In this document: one piece after another, positions 11,732 to 24,847 of the stretch
Layout of the letters: each line of letters starts with the position of its first letter
Position numbering within the stretch: position 1 is the first letter of the stretch
Source of the DNA: Amoebophrya sp. A120
Taxonomy: Eukaryota; Protista; Dinoflagellata
Assembly (NCBI GenBank): GCA_905178155.1
Contig: CAJINV010000005.1
Coordinates: 1,638,438 to 1,702,437, forward strand
Direction of reading: 5' to 3'
Length of the DNA stretch: 64,000 nucleotides
Translations under genes and position numbers: made by a program
Notes under the pieces: generated by a model
The model's input: only the letters and a program-made list of their open reading frames with translations
Databases searched by the model: none
Told to the model about the DNA's origin: nothing

Positions 11732-14700
11732 CTTTATATATTATTTTAGTTTTTCCGGAACGATAAACATAAAGAAGAAGATTGATTCAACATCGCACAG
11801 ATGAAGTAGAAGGTCCTACTTCATTGAACTTCACCTTGATTCAGTAGAGAAAAGAAAATGAGTAGCTAGTCGTGCGCCGTGCTAAGAGGCCTACTTCCTT
11901 AGATTCATCCGTTCGAGTATTTAGTTCGTCGTGCGAGGATAGAATTAGAAATAGTTCTTGTAGTAGCATCGTCAATGCTCCATTAGTAGCTGCTGCCTGT
12001 CGGCGTCATGCTTCCACATCCGCAACGAGGCAATGTATAGGACAATAATCCTTTATTTCGGTTCAATGTGCTTATACGCGGGAACGACAGATGAGATCGA
12101 TCTGGGAGATACGAGGACCACATCAACAAATAATTCTTTTGATGCACGGATCACGGATTACTTCGGCTTCCACGATGGCAAAGCAAACAAATCGCTTTAT
12201 TCAAAATCAAACCAGCAATGCAAAGATGGAGATGAACATGAAAAGATAAAAACACCTCAAGCATTACGGCACCACAAAAAGCGAGTATATTCACAGCCCG
12301 AACCCCCGTTGCGGGCGCTGGCGCTTCCGCATGATGGAGTCGAGTAGGAAAATATGCTGATGATTGATCTCGAAGAACTCGTAATGCTTATCCTTATTTG
12401 TTCTCATCTCCTGCTGAATCGAATCGGAGCAGGGTCTCCGAGCGCAGTGGACAAGAGTTCACTGCCGTGGTTTTATTTCATCATGATCGTCCATACTCTT
12501 CAAAAACGGTTCTGCTTGTTTACTGTTCAGTGGCATTTGTTCAGCTTCATTCATTTCATCGATCTTCATCGCGGTACTGGTACAGTATATTTTGTCAATT
12601 ACCTCCACAAGTTCTTGGCCGCGACGAGCATTGTGATTATACACCAGATTCATAGCCATTAAGGGTTCATAAACGGTGTCTTATTAAAGGCAATCGCAAC
12701 GGAAACTGTCGTACAAAGGAACAATCTAAGCACGGGTAGGGGTATATTTCAAGGTGCATTTTACTTTTCTATATTTCATGTTGATGCAAAAATTGGCATT
12801 GTAGTTGTCAACAAATTCGATGGGTTTCTCCGGGTGGGGATATTCAGAAATATCTACTTCCTGCCAACATTTGGTACGTTTTTGGTACATGATTGGTTCC
12901 ATCACAGCTCTAGGTCTAGCTGCGGGCCGTGATGAAAGGGCGACAATTAGAATTATGTTGAAGACAAGATGGCTGGGTGCAAATTATCTATTACAACAAG
13001 AATGTGCGAAGAGTTGTGTTGGCCTCGTCTTCCTAGCTGCAACTCGTAGTGCTAGTGGCTTAGAAGTTCATCATCGCAGTGGATGTGGACTTCCTTCCTG
13101 GCCAGAAAAATACGTTTCAGGGGGGCCTGTTGCGGTAGTCGTGAACGGGCAGGGCTGAAGATACAGAAAGACAAAGATGTACTTAGATGATAAGGGAACC
13201 TAGTATTTGTGTTCCAAGGAGGTGTGTCGGTGGTGTCGGGGGAAAGTTAGAAACAAGAAATAAATCAAGTAACTCTACTAGGAGAAGCAACCCGCATCCG
13301 CAGTTCGGCGTCCTCATGCCTGCTGATGAGCGAATTTTTTTCTCGGGAAAACAGCAACGTGCAAACCAATGGGGCGGACGGAGAATGCTTATGCTATATT
13401 ATTTTGACGTTTGACGTTTAGGTTTTGCACGAGCTGCATCTTTATATGTGAAGTCTAAGTTACGTATAGTTACATTCGCGAAAATGGTGCATTAGCAGGC
13501 CCCAGCTTGGCAACATTTTTCGTCGTAGTAAGCTCCACCCGCAACCGCATCCATACCCAAGAGTAACGCTCTTCTCTTGCTATTACTTCATATTAAATGG
13601 CGAAAGGCAAAGACATCTACGTTTTGCAGCAGCTCTATCAATAGCAACATGTTGATAAAGCTTCGCGGAGTAAGCATAAGCGAGGCATCAAGGCACCACG
13701 CTGCTGCATCAACACAGGCGTCGAAACGAAACCTGTTGCAGCTTGGTACTTAAACTAGTCATGTCGCAACAAATCTTGTTCTATCGGAGCGAGAGCGAGG
13801 ACCGGAGATTCTGCATTGCGATCACTACCATCAATCATCTTGCTTCAATGTCCAAAGAAAAACGTAGTAGTTCTTGCCACATATTTTTACCAAGAGCTAT
13901 GTAGTATCTTCTCCTTCTGCAGGTGCGAAACTACCCGAACGCTGTCGATGATGGAGAGCGCTAGAAGGCTTTCCACAAATTCTTAACTTTCATAGGGCAA
14001 CAAGTAGTATAATTAGTTCACGAGGGCCGCGGTGCCTATGTCTATGGGTTTCATCTGGTGGTATATTTTTTTTTCTTAATTTTTGACTTTGCTTTCCTGT
14101 ATTCTTGAAAAAATAAAAAACTTCAAGAGCCCCCTCCAGGAGACAGAATGAAAGAGTCCTCGACAAAAAACGCACCTTACATATCCATTTTTTGCAATAG
14201 AATTATGTGGCTGCGTTCATCTTCTTGCTGCTGCTGCAATCTCTTTTCCAGAAGTTTTGCCCGATCTCTTTCGACGTCTCCTGATAGAAGTTCTCCGATG
14301 AATTTACAAATGCTACACAATGTTCCGTATGACGAAAAATGGGACAACGACCCGATGGTTTATCGATCTCCCGATAAAATGCGGCGTTGTAGAGCTTGCC
14401 GGACCGCCGCTGGGGAACTACACAGCAAGGTCACTAAAACAAAATTCTCACGAACATGGTGAGTGTGAGGATCATAAGATGACCAGAAAATGAAACAAAC
14501 CACACGCGCCGTCGTCGTCCCATAATTTTCGCAAGCGATGAAACCTTCTGCTCTGACCTAGAAGTACATTCTCTTTTATAATTTTTGTCGTAAATACGGA
14601 CTTAACCACAGGTGGTGGCTGGGCCCTCCCCAGCAAGCGTGGATCTTGAAACTTCTCAATGAGATAGAGATATAGCTAGTAACAAGCCACCACGTGAAAA

Positions 14701-15001
14701 TATCGATGGTTTCGGGTTAGGGTTTTTTCTATCGACATAAAAAATGCAAATTTCGTAATTTGTGTTATAATCTTTTCTATCTTCGTGAAGAGCGTGAAAC
14801 AACTTATGATCCATGTACGTCGTTCAGGGTCGTTCGTTGATAGAAGTACGTCGAATGAACATGAAGAGTTCTTGTAGTTTGCATTTAATTTTAATTGGTG
14901 AAGCCGCGTTGGAGGTCCTCCTCGTCTTCATCTTATCTCTTTAATTATGGTTGCAGTTGCAAAATAAGCTTGAGCAGCTCGTTGTAGAGCTACAAAACTG
15001 C

Positions 15002-18000
15002 TCAAAAGTTGTCGTCCCAGCCGGTGCCTGGGTCTCGGTACGGAATCTGGGGTGGCAAGTCGGCTTCCTGCGCTCGGAAGTTGCTCATGTCCGTGTTTCC
15101 CCGCACTTCCGGGATGTAGGGCGGGCGCGCGGTGTGGCTCTCGAGCGCGACAAAGTCAAACGCCCGGTACCACAGGTGCTCCTTCAAATTCTTCGTGCCC
15201 CCACTTCGCATTGGTAACCGCTCCGAGGGGCAGTGCTTCAGGAGCTGTTTCACGAGGTCCATCGCGTCGGGGTCGCGCTCGCGGTACGAAAAGTTCACGC
15301 CGTTCACACCACGGACGATTTTCTGGTATAGATTCGAAGTACGAGAGTCAAAGGAAGTTGTCAGGCAACCACTGAACAAACATCCATCAACAAAGTACCA
15401 CAACAAACACGGACAAATGCAAATGCACGACACGAAACATCTAAAAATTGTAATCCATCTTCACGACGTAGCATCAAGTTTATTCCTGGTTCTCGATCTT
15501 GGTATTGATCTGGTTGACAACCGTGTAGCTTCTACAAGTACAACTAGTACGTCAACATGAGAAGAAAAAATCTTCCTTTCGGAGTTGTAGTCTGATTGTT
15601 ATAAAAATATCAAAAAAAAATAAAATTATTCGTAAATACCTGGTATGTTTCCATGGGATCCTTTGCGTCGAACGGTGCGTGCCCGGAAAGCAGCTCGTGA
15701 ATTAAAATTCCCATATGAAAGCCTCAGGTTGGAAATCCTCAAAGTGGAAATAATTTGTAATGCAAAAAAACGACTCCAGTTGAAGCGCCATTTGTAGTCG
15801 GCGCATGACAAATTTCCCGGGCACTTAAAGCATGTCTGTCATGGCATGACAGACAAGGCAAAGGGGTCGTGCCCCTCTCGTCTCATGCTAAACAGCACTC
15901 CAATTCGTCACCCCTAGCAGGACAATGGTCGGCCTCCCTTGCGTCCTCTGCTATACAGTCTTTTTCATATCGCATTCCATGCATCACAAATTATTTCCAC
16001 TTTGAGGATTTCCATTCTGAGGCCTTCATATCCCAGTGTCCACCAGTCCACAGCCTTGTTCATGCCGGTCTGCTGAATCACTTTATCGCAAGAAAAAAGT
16101 GTTACAGTTACACACTGCGTTGCAAGACCGGCAACACAGACAACCTTTCTCATGTAGGAAATGCTTGGGAGCCTCGTTTCCTTCCTGTTTTCCCGTATGA
16201 TCTTCGCATCACAAGTTTTCTGTGCCACACAGAGAAAATTTGTGATGCAGAAACTCCAACAAATGTGTAACTGTAACACTTTTTTCTCGTGATACACTTC
16301 CGGTGCGAAGTAATCCGGTGTTCCGCAGGTCGTGTAAGTTTTCCCAGAAGTTAGGATCTATGATCCAGTTTTTTTTTTTCATCTAAATTGCTGACTACAT
16401 CAAAAAGTCGGACGATATTGAAGATGTTGATGTTGTAGATGCTACTGATACAACCAAAGACAAAGTTAGTACTAGTTCTAGTAGACATGCTAGTTGTATA
16501 ATATCACGAAATTGTCGATGTCAACACTGTAAATGCAGCTATCCAAGACGACGAAATGTACCTTTGCCAGACCCATGTCGGTGAGTTTGCAGAAGCCCTT
16601 CACGTCGAGCAGTAAATTTTCCGGCTTCAGGTCTCGGAACACGATGTTGCGCTCGTGCAAGTGCTCGAAGGCAAGCACGACCGACGCGGAGTAAAAGCGG
16701 GCCTTGGAGACCGACCCGTGAAACCGTCTCTTGTGGTAGGTCGCGAACAGCTCGCCGCCCATTGCGGGTTCAAGCAGGAAAAAGAGGCGTATCGAGAATA
16801 AATTCGCCGTACTACACGACGTACAAATGATCTTCGCAAATTGAAATTATATGCATGACAAAGGTCTAGTATAATTTGTTCTGTTAACACTTGTTCAGCA
16901 TTGCAAATTTATGCTTATTGAGCCGTCAAAATAATTTGTCATGCATTTCGTCCCTATGTACGGTAAATTTGTATTGCTTAAGGTGCTCCTTCGACTTGAA
17001 TGTCTGGTACAGAGCGATGATGAACTTCGATTGGCTATGAAAAGGAAAAAACCCCCCTCCCCATATCAAAAAGGAAATCTGTGATGCTGGATTTGCGTAC
17101 ACAAATCAGATTTGTATTGCAGGAAGGCATTGCGGCCAGATCCCCAGGCTAGGTAGGGGCGTATGGGTTTAGTTGCTCAGCATTGCAAACGGCTGACCTT
17201 TAGGCCCAGCAGCATGACAAATCGCTTCCATAATGGGGCGGAAGCTCTGCCCGTGTCTTCTTGCAAGACAAATGTGATTTGTGACCTCAAATCAGCAGCG
17301 CAAATTTTCGGAAAGATACCTTTTCGATATGGGGAGGGGGGATTTTTCCTCTCAATATTGGCACAGCAGGAGAATCTATGCATCGAAATTTTGTCTGGGT
17401 CTGAATTTACTCGGAAGACGCGAGCTTTGAAGGAAAGGGAGGACAGCAAAATTTGCAGTGCATGAATCGGATTGGCGGGTTTTCTACTTGCTGTGTGCAT
17501 TCATGCAGAACTTCCCGAATTACGAATACTAAATTCGAGAGGAACAAGGAACAAGCCCCCGCTCGGAGGAAAAATTTGTCATGCTCGCATGCTGGATCGA
17601 ACAGAGGACCTCCACCTTGACTCTGGCATGCTAAACTCAGCAACAGATGAAACTATCCGCTCCGTCTTTCCAGACCCAGATCGTTGATCTTTGCATTTGA
17701 TAGAATCTCCTTTTCCCGCATCACGCCTTTCTGCATCTTCATCTTCACGATGTACCCCTTGGACAAGGCCTTCAACGCATACACGTCCCCGGTTCGCTTG
17801 TGTTTTTCCAGCGTGACGGCACCGAAGCCCCCGCAACCGAGCAGCCCAAGCCGCTTCAGGTCGTTCAGGTCCACCTTCGGTCGCGTGCGGAGAATGGCGT
17901 TGTCAAAAGCTCTTACATCAGTTGTGATCGCTGTTGTTCTTGCATGGATTTTTTGTGATGCAAGGACAATGTTGAGAGCAAACCAAGAAAGCGGTTTGTG

Positions 18001-21000
18001 CGTATTGCATTTCAACTCCACGTTTCAATGCGGATGACCATGGGCGCGGCGTCGAAAACAGAACTTGCACAAGCTCCTTCGCATGATATGCGAAGGAGCT
18101 TGATCGCACGGGCACGACGCAGAAAGTGTGATGAAGATCATAGTAATTCTGCATGGCATCAAATTCAAATCCGAAAAATCATGCGACGGCGATATTGGTC
18201 TAAGAACGCTTGAGAACGCCATACCCAGCATGGCCGGGGTCTGCTTCGGGGCTGCTTTCTCGTCGATCTTCTTCCAAATATGCACGGAACAAAACCACGA
18301 GTATCGCGGTCGCGCACCGACGAGGTATAAAATGCTGCACCGCGATTATCATTGAAGCTTCCATTTCATACTGAACCAACTTACTTCGGACGATTCCCTG
18401 TGCTCGCAAGTAGATTGTCATCTACAAGTGCAAAAATCAAAAAGAAAAATTCGTGCGCGTCTGTCATCCACGCGAGCGATACTTTCAAACTTCACAGGAT
18501 ACTGCATTAATTCCTGCAACGGTCCGAGCAGGTGGTCGAAACGGGTGCGGGTCAATGCGAGACAAGAACAGGAAGCAGACGTGACCTTTTGTGTAGTTGC
18601 GTTTGTCATGATTAAGTAAGAAGCTACGGCTACCTCATAGATAAGTCATTCTACTTATAGTGCGGGAGCAGTACTAGATCTAGGTGTCGGTGCATATAGA
18701 ATGACAAGGTGGACATTAAAATTAACAACACGCGCACGGTTGTGAACTCAACATTCTTGATACATTATACCACTGCTGTAGCTTCTCTTGTCGCACTTTT
18801 TAACAGCGCCCGTTCCCCGAACCAGTGCGCTTCACCGCCCGGCGACGCTGTGATCGAGGCGACTTTCTTTCCACCCTTCAGGAAGTCGATAGAACCTGGT
18901 GCATTTATCGAAAATTCATCCAGCGTTTCATGTTACTTATAATATACCGAATGCAGCTGTCATGCTTAATATCGCACGCACACGCGAAGGACGTCGAATG
19001 GGTGTCACGCAATCTTTTTTTTTCGTCTAAATGTTGAAAACCAAGTACCTTCTGTGAGGATGTAAAAAGCGTCGCCATGCTCCCCTTCCACGACAATTTT
19101 GTCCTTTTCTACGTATCTGACCTCCGTGAGAGCCTCCGCCAGCGAGACCTTTTCGTCGAGTGTGAGCACGTTAAACAGGTCCACGTTGTCGAACACCTTC
19201 ATGTAGGTGGCCATCTTGCTGTCGTTCGCCTGCATCAGCGTGTGCTTGAAGTCCTGTATCGTGCGGAAAAATCCCCCCTCCCCATATCAAACAGGTATGT
19301 TTTGTTGCTGATTTGTGGCCACAAATCAGATTTGTCTTGCAAGAAGACAAGCGCAGGGGCTTCCATGCCCTTTTCGGAGGGATTTGTCATGCTGTTGGGT
19401 CTAGAGGGCAGCCGTTTACAACAATGCTAAACAACTAGACCCAAACGCCCCTACCTAGGCTGAAGATCTGGCTGCGATGCAGTATTGCAAGACAGCGCGC
19501 ATTTGTGTACGGAAATCCAGCATCAGAAACCTCGTCTCGATATGGGGAGGGGGGATTTTTCCTTTTGATATCCTGCCGCTCAATCACCCACACGCTCGCT
19601 TCCTCGGACACGCAGGTCACCGTCGCGGCCCGCGGCGCGTGGTACAGCAGGGCCAGTTCGCCAAACGACATCCCCGGCGTGGCCTGCCCGACGATGCCCG
19701 ACCGGTCGATCTCGTTCCCCGCCCTGCCTGGCCGTTCCGCGATGGAGAACTCAAACGTCCCCTTATGAGAGTGCACAACCGGTGCTCCCCCTCGTTCTCA
19801 TTTCTCGTGCAAAACACCAACTCCACACTTGTTTCCCTCCTCTCATTATTATGCATCACAAGTTCTGGTAGGAGCCCAAATAGCACTACACTCCAGTGCA
19901 GCAAATTTGTCACGCAAAACTACCGTACCGGCACTATTGCTGATGCTTGTATTGCCGTTCATGCTATACATATGAGGGGGAGGGGGAGTTGTGCACCCTC
20001 ATACCCCTCGGCCACGATGTAGAATTTCTCCGCAAAGAGCTCGCCCTGCTTGATCAGCGTTTCGCCCTTGGCGATCCCGGACTTTTTGTACGCGCACTGC
20101 GTCTATCAAATGCAAAAGTGTCTGGGTCTGGAAGATTCTGAGATTTGTCATGCATATTTTGCATGACCCAGGATGTCTGTAATGCACGACCTAGCATCAC
20201 AGATCTTTAGAGGGCTTCCTGATGCCTACTCCGCATGACAAATGCCGCCCTCCCCGCCTAGCACAAACGAGACCTCTCTTGCTGGTCATGCAATAAAGAT
20301 TTTTTTAGAGTGTAAAGTTAGCATCACAAGTTCCAACCTTCCAGACCCAGGCATTTTTACATTTGATAGCGTCAGCGCGTCCATTTGCTCGCCGTTGATC
20401 TGCATCACGGCCCGCAGATTCGAGTTCGCCCGCAGTCCCTCTTTGATCTGCTCCTTCTCCGCGTCCGTTTTTGGCAGCAGCGGTTCCCGTGGCTTCGAGC
20501 TGCCGCTTCCGTCTTCCTCGCCGCTCCCCTCACCGGAGGGCGGTGCAACGACGGCTTTTCGCTTCGCGAAGTGGAGTTTCGAAGACAGGTTGAACTGCCG
20601 AAACTTGTCGCGCGTGAGGCAAAAAGTCGTAACATCGCCCTTCGTGCGCACCGTGGCCGCCCGCGCGGCGCCCTTTAGGAGGGACTGCTCCCCAAAGTAG
20701 TCGCCTTCGCGGAGCGTTGCGACTGACTTGTCGGGCGGCGGACCCGCGACTGGCTCGACCTTTCGTTTTGAATTTGATACTTATGCGTGTTTATTGATGT
20801 AGTCCTTGGGGTCGTCGATGGTGCCGCGGGAGACCAATTGAAGAACAACACAAAGAACTTTGAAACAGTGGAGAAGATGATGATCCCTATACCTATTATC
20901 GCCACCACGATTATAAATTGCCATTGCCAGAAGTTTTTTAAATCTTTTCATCCAGCAAAAGTGACAGAGTTACTAGTCCGACCTCCTCGGGCAGCACACG

Positions 21001-22350
21001 TCCCCGGTACCCACTCTCGGCTACCCTGATCGTGTAGGGAAATTCTCGACTGGCGTCAAACTTGTCCACGGTGGCCAAGCTGCCTTTGTTGATCTTTCGC
21101 CCGCCAAAGTGCAGGTCTTTCAGACACTTTACCTTGTCGCCCACGTTCAGGTAATTTTGGGGGTGCACCAGAACTTCCACCTCACCCTTCTGAATCACGT
21201 AGAACGCGTCGCCCTTGTCTCCTTGCCGGAAGATAATGTGATCTGTTTTGATATACGTGAACAGGTGTCGAATCAAAAACAAAGAAAACATGCATAAACC
21301 ATGACAATGTATTGGATTTTATTTATTTTGACATCTTACACTGGAGTGGTGTCAACACGCATGACAACTTTACCTGCAGGAAAATTCTTGAGCTGCATCG
21401 CTTCCGCCAGCACCGGCATGTCCTCCTTGGGAAACCTGCTAAAGAGCGGCACGCCCTTGAGCGTCGATGCGCCGTATACATTGCAAATGTGTCTGGTACG
21501 TGGTGGTGGTCTCCTGCAACATTGCAAGACATGTGATCATGTTGCTGGTGGGGTACAACTAGCTATTAGCAAGACAATGAAACCTGTGACAACACATGCT
21601 GCGCAACAGTTCTGCTCGTTTGTGATACGAAAATGAAAATGCGACTTCTCATCCAGGGTAGGCAGCAGATGGAAGTAGATGGAGCAAAACTTGGTACATG
21701 GCTCCGTACCGCCTGTGCTCGATCTTGACAACTTTGTTCCACAGGACCCAGATGACATATTTGCACTTGATACGCTGCTCGACGACACAAAAGTTCTGCG
21801 AATGAGGGCATCTGCGGGAAGTAAATCGCGAGCGGTACGTTCCTATGCATTGCAAAAGTGTCTGGGTCTGGAAGGATGCAACGTGTAATGCTAATTCTGG
21901 ATCGTGCAAAAATCTGTGTTGCATGAATGCCAAAAGCTGTTCACTTTTGACCAAGTTGAGAGAAAGTTTCTCATGCAGGATAGGCATGGTAGGGATCTCG
22001 CAGAATCTGTCATGCTAGGTCCTGCATTCCAGACGACGTGGATCATGGAAAATCTGCATGACAAGTCTCGGAATCTTTATCTTCCAGACCCAGACATTTT
22101 TGCAGTTGATAGTTCGTTGTCGGCAGCCGCTGCGGCTGTTGACGCGGACGACAAACTATGAATTGCAAAAGTATCGTACTCGTATCGCAGTCATGCATTA
22201 CAAATCCTTTTCTTAAGGTCAATCCGCATTACAACTTTTATTTCTCACGCTGAGGAAATTTGTAATGCATTTATACGAGTACGATACTTTTGCACAGGAT
22301 ACGAACAGGCCACATCGGAGGATGAGGTATGGCCTCCGCAGCTGGAACTA
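15002..22350 (-). CDS. PKG: cGMP-dependent protein kinase (three cNMP-binding domains plus AGC kinase), >15 exons; 5' end uncertain
   Basis: cNMP motifs FGEQSLL..RAATV, SFGELALLYHAPRAATV and WFGERALL. Kinase motifs GCGGFG, YALKAL, FRDLKPEN, DMGLAK, CGTPDYFAPE and DWWTLG. AGC tail ends GWDDNF*. Contains both GT-AG introns (e.g. 15323-15639) and introners. Confidence 0.92.
15714..16030. mobile_element. Introner, family B, in PKG kinase domain
   Basis: Perfect DR TCCCA; removal gives DWWTLG|ILIHELLSGHAPF. Confidence 0.93.
16084..16294. mobile_element. Introner, family F (GAAAAAAGTGTTACAGTTACACA IR)
   Basis: Perfect DR CACTT; removal gives APEV|IQQTG. Confidence 0.93.
16790..16980. mobile_element. 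Degenerate introner in PKG
   Basis: DR AGGCG/AGGTG; eroded IR; removal gives KEHL|FFLLEP. Confidence 0.75.
17036..17357. mobile_element. Introner, family E (CCCCCTCCCCATATC IR)
   Basis: Perfect DR TTGGC; in frame (LLCQ|SKFII). Confidence 0.92.
17377..17702. mobile_element. Introner, family C
   Basis: Perfect DR GAATC; in frame (REKEI|LLLCQ). Confidence 0.9.
19257..19570. mobile_element. Introner, family E (opposite orientation to 17036-17357)
   Basis: Perfect DR TCCTG; removal gives IERQD|FKHTLM. Confidence 0.92.
19764..20003. mobile_element. Introner, family D (TATGAGAGTGCACAAC IR)
   Basis: Perfect DR CCCCT; removal gives IVAEG|TFEF. Confidence 0.92.
20104..20368. mobile_element. Introner, family C
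   Basis: Perfect DR GCGTC; removal gives MDALT|QCAYKK. Confidence 0.92.
21475..21772. mobile_element. Degenerate introner (family C-like)
   Basis: TAT...ATA; DR CGCCG/CGCTG; eroded IR. Confidence 0.7.
21844..22111. mobile_element. Introner, family C
   Basis: TAT...ATA; DR GTTCC/GTTCG. Confidence 0.85.
22157..22301. mobile_element. Introner, family A
   Basis: TAT...ATA; DR CAAAC/CGAAC. Confidence 0.87.
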
Positions 22351-24531
22351 TTAGCTCAACTGGAACTGTTCTTGGTGATGCCAAATGCGGATGTTCTGCT
22401 TGTTCCGCACGACCAACATGAACTACATGGAGGTTTCTAGCATAATGAAATCTGCGGCACTCCAAACGATCCCATTGAAATGCATACCCCCATACCAACT
22501 GTGTCATCCAAAGCTGCAGCCCATAGACTAGTCTGTGCTTTTGCCGTCTAGGCACGACAAGTTTGAATTTCAATTTAGAAGGGTCGACATTGTTCCAGTT
22601 CAGACCACTGTTCCACCTGAACAGGCCATATGAGGTGGAAGTCGGTTCTGATGTTGTTCTTTTTCTCAGGTCGATATCAAAAATTATAGAAGAGCTACAA
22701 GACTTAAACATCAGTCAAAAAAGGTTGTGGTCAACAGAATGAGCATCTTCAGAAGGAGTTGTAGGACGACATCACTAGTGCTAGTGGTGCTAGTGCATGG
22801 TACACATACCAGCTTCCTAAACTGAATACGAGAGAGCTGAACATCAACGGCGTGAGCACACAAAAATGTCGCACCTGATCTTGGGGAGGTAGGTTGTGAT
22901 TGGTCGGCCATCTTGATTTTGGGTTCGCTTCGCTTTTCAAAAAGTCGGCGGAGTTGGTTCATAGATCATGAACCAAGTGGACTGTTCTACACAGCACGGC
23001 AGCAGGAGGTTCTTGCGATATTAATACCCGCGGGGCTGGTCCTCCTTTGATGTTGTAGTACTTAAAGCTGCACGTCGAGGAGCAGAAGCAGTCGCAATCG
23101 AGCAGCAACAGACGGTCGTGGTGAATAGTCTGCTCAGGAGCAGATGCAGATCATCTAATTCCAGAACGCGAGCCGATCTTCTGCTGCCGACTTCTGGGCG
23201 AAGATATGCAGGCCGAGCGACGTGGTGGCAGGTGGAGCTGCTGAGACTAGAACTTTTTGAACTGTCCGGGGGTTCTTGTTCCGAATCTTCTTCTTCGTGG
23301 TGGAGCTGTATCTTCTCGATGGTGCTTTCGTCCACGCCCTGCTTGCCTCGTCTTTATTCGTCCTACCGACAGGGCTCTTTGGTTTCTCTTTTTTACCCCG
23401 CCGCTTTGGTGACCAGATCAGGTCGTTTCGGAGGTCCTCGCCGGAGTAGTACTCACGGAAGTTGTATCTCTACTACTATCTCTAGCCGCGACCACGGCTG
23501 TAACTAAAAATCATACAAGTTCTCGCGCGTCGAGCACGGGTAAAAAAGCTCTTCGCGGCAGAGAACGTCGGCTAAAAAAGGACAAAAGAGGTTTCATTAA
23601 TTTTTCCAGCTTCATGATTCACCGAAGGTTCTTTTGATTTTGTTCCACCCCGCCCTCGTGGTCCCCTTGGATGTTAATTAATTATAATTTCAGAAAAAGA
23701 TGTTGATATTTCGATTTGACCACACGACAACTTGTCGTGGTGTGTTTCTTTTTGATGTGCGCTTCTGTAGTGAACCTCTCATCAAACTCAAAAAAATTTT
23801 TTGTAAAGAGCAAAGCCGACTAAAATGATTTATGTCAGTATTTTTATAGTACACGCTCCTCGCCTACGTATCGCTTACTTCTACACTCGACCGACGACCC
23901 CACACCAGCTCGCTCAAGCTGCTAGTGCTAGCGAGGGCTAAGCAAGATAGGACCGAACATCGTCTTATGCTTTAACCTATTAGGTTAAAGCATAAGACGA
24001 TGTTCGTTACACATTCTCTTTCTTTCGTGAAAAGAATTCGCACCTGAACCTCTCAGTTTAAGTGCCTCGTTTTTGCGTTTCCGAGAGTGAAGTGGTAAAG
24101 TAACTTTTAGTGCGCCTCGTGCAGCTGGCCGCGTGGTCTGACACAATTGTATGGCAGAGCGATGACCCGCTGCGCACCATTGCATGACAGATGTCAACAG
24201 CTACTGTGCTTCTTTTGCAGGTGTTATTCTTGAAACAAAAAGCTATCAGACCAAAAACCAGCGGGAGACGAAAGATCGCTGAAATGCAGATGATGGCTCC
24301 TCGGTCGGAGGGAAGTAGTATCGGTTTAAACAGTGTTTTGACCCGAAAGAAACTACTGGACAAAGATGAAGGTAAGAACTGCTAGACAAACATGGTCAAC
24401 ATGAACTACATGCGTCTTTTAATAACAGGTAGAATTTGAGTCTTATGTAAATTTCAGACTAACAATCTACCTCGGACACCTTGGACATGTAGGCTGGTTG
24501 GAAGACACGACGACGTCGACATCCTTACCAT

Positions 24532-24847
24532 TATGAAAGCCTCAGAATGGAAATCCTCAGCGTGGAAATAATTTGTGATGCATGAAATGCGACGCAAAAA
24601 AGACTGTACTCCAGAGGACGCAATGACGGCCGCCTATTGTCCTTCTACGCGTTAAGAATTGGAGTGCTGATAAGCACCAAAGGAGGGCACCCATTTGCGT
24701 TAACCAGCATGACAGACCTGCTTTGAATGCAAGAGAGATTTGTCGTGGTGCGCCGCCTAGAAGTGGCGCTTCAACTGGAATGCTTTTCTGCATATACAAA
24801 CTATATACTATTTCCACTTTGAGGATTTCCAGCCTGAAGCTTTCATA
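24532..24847. mobile_element. Introner, family B (reverse orientation); host exon not identified
   Basis: TAT...ATA; long IR; DR ACCAT/ACAAT. Confidence 0.88.

Noticed and set aside
11900-14900. Possible multi-exon gene between the Vps41-like gene and PKG
   Set aside because: Only short ORFs with no recognisable homology; I could not build a supported model.
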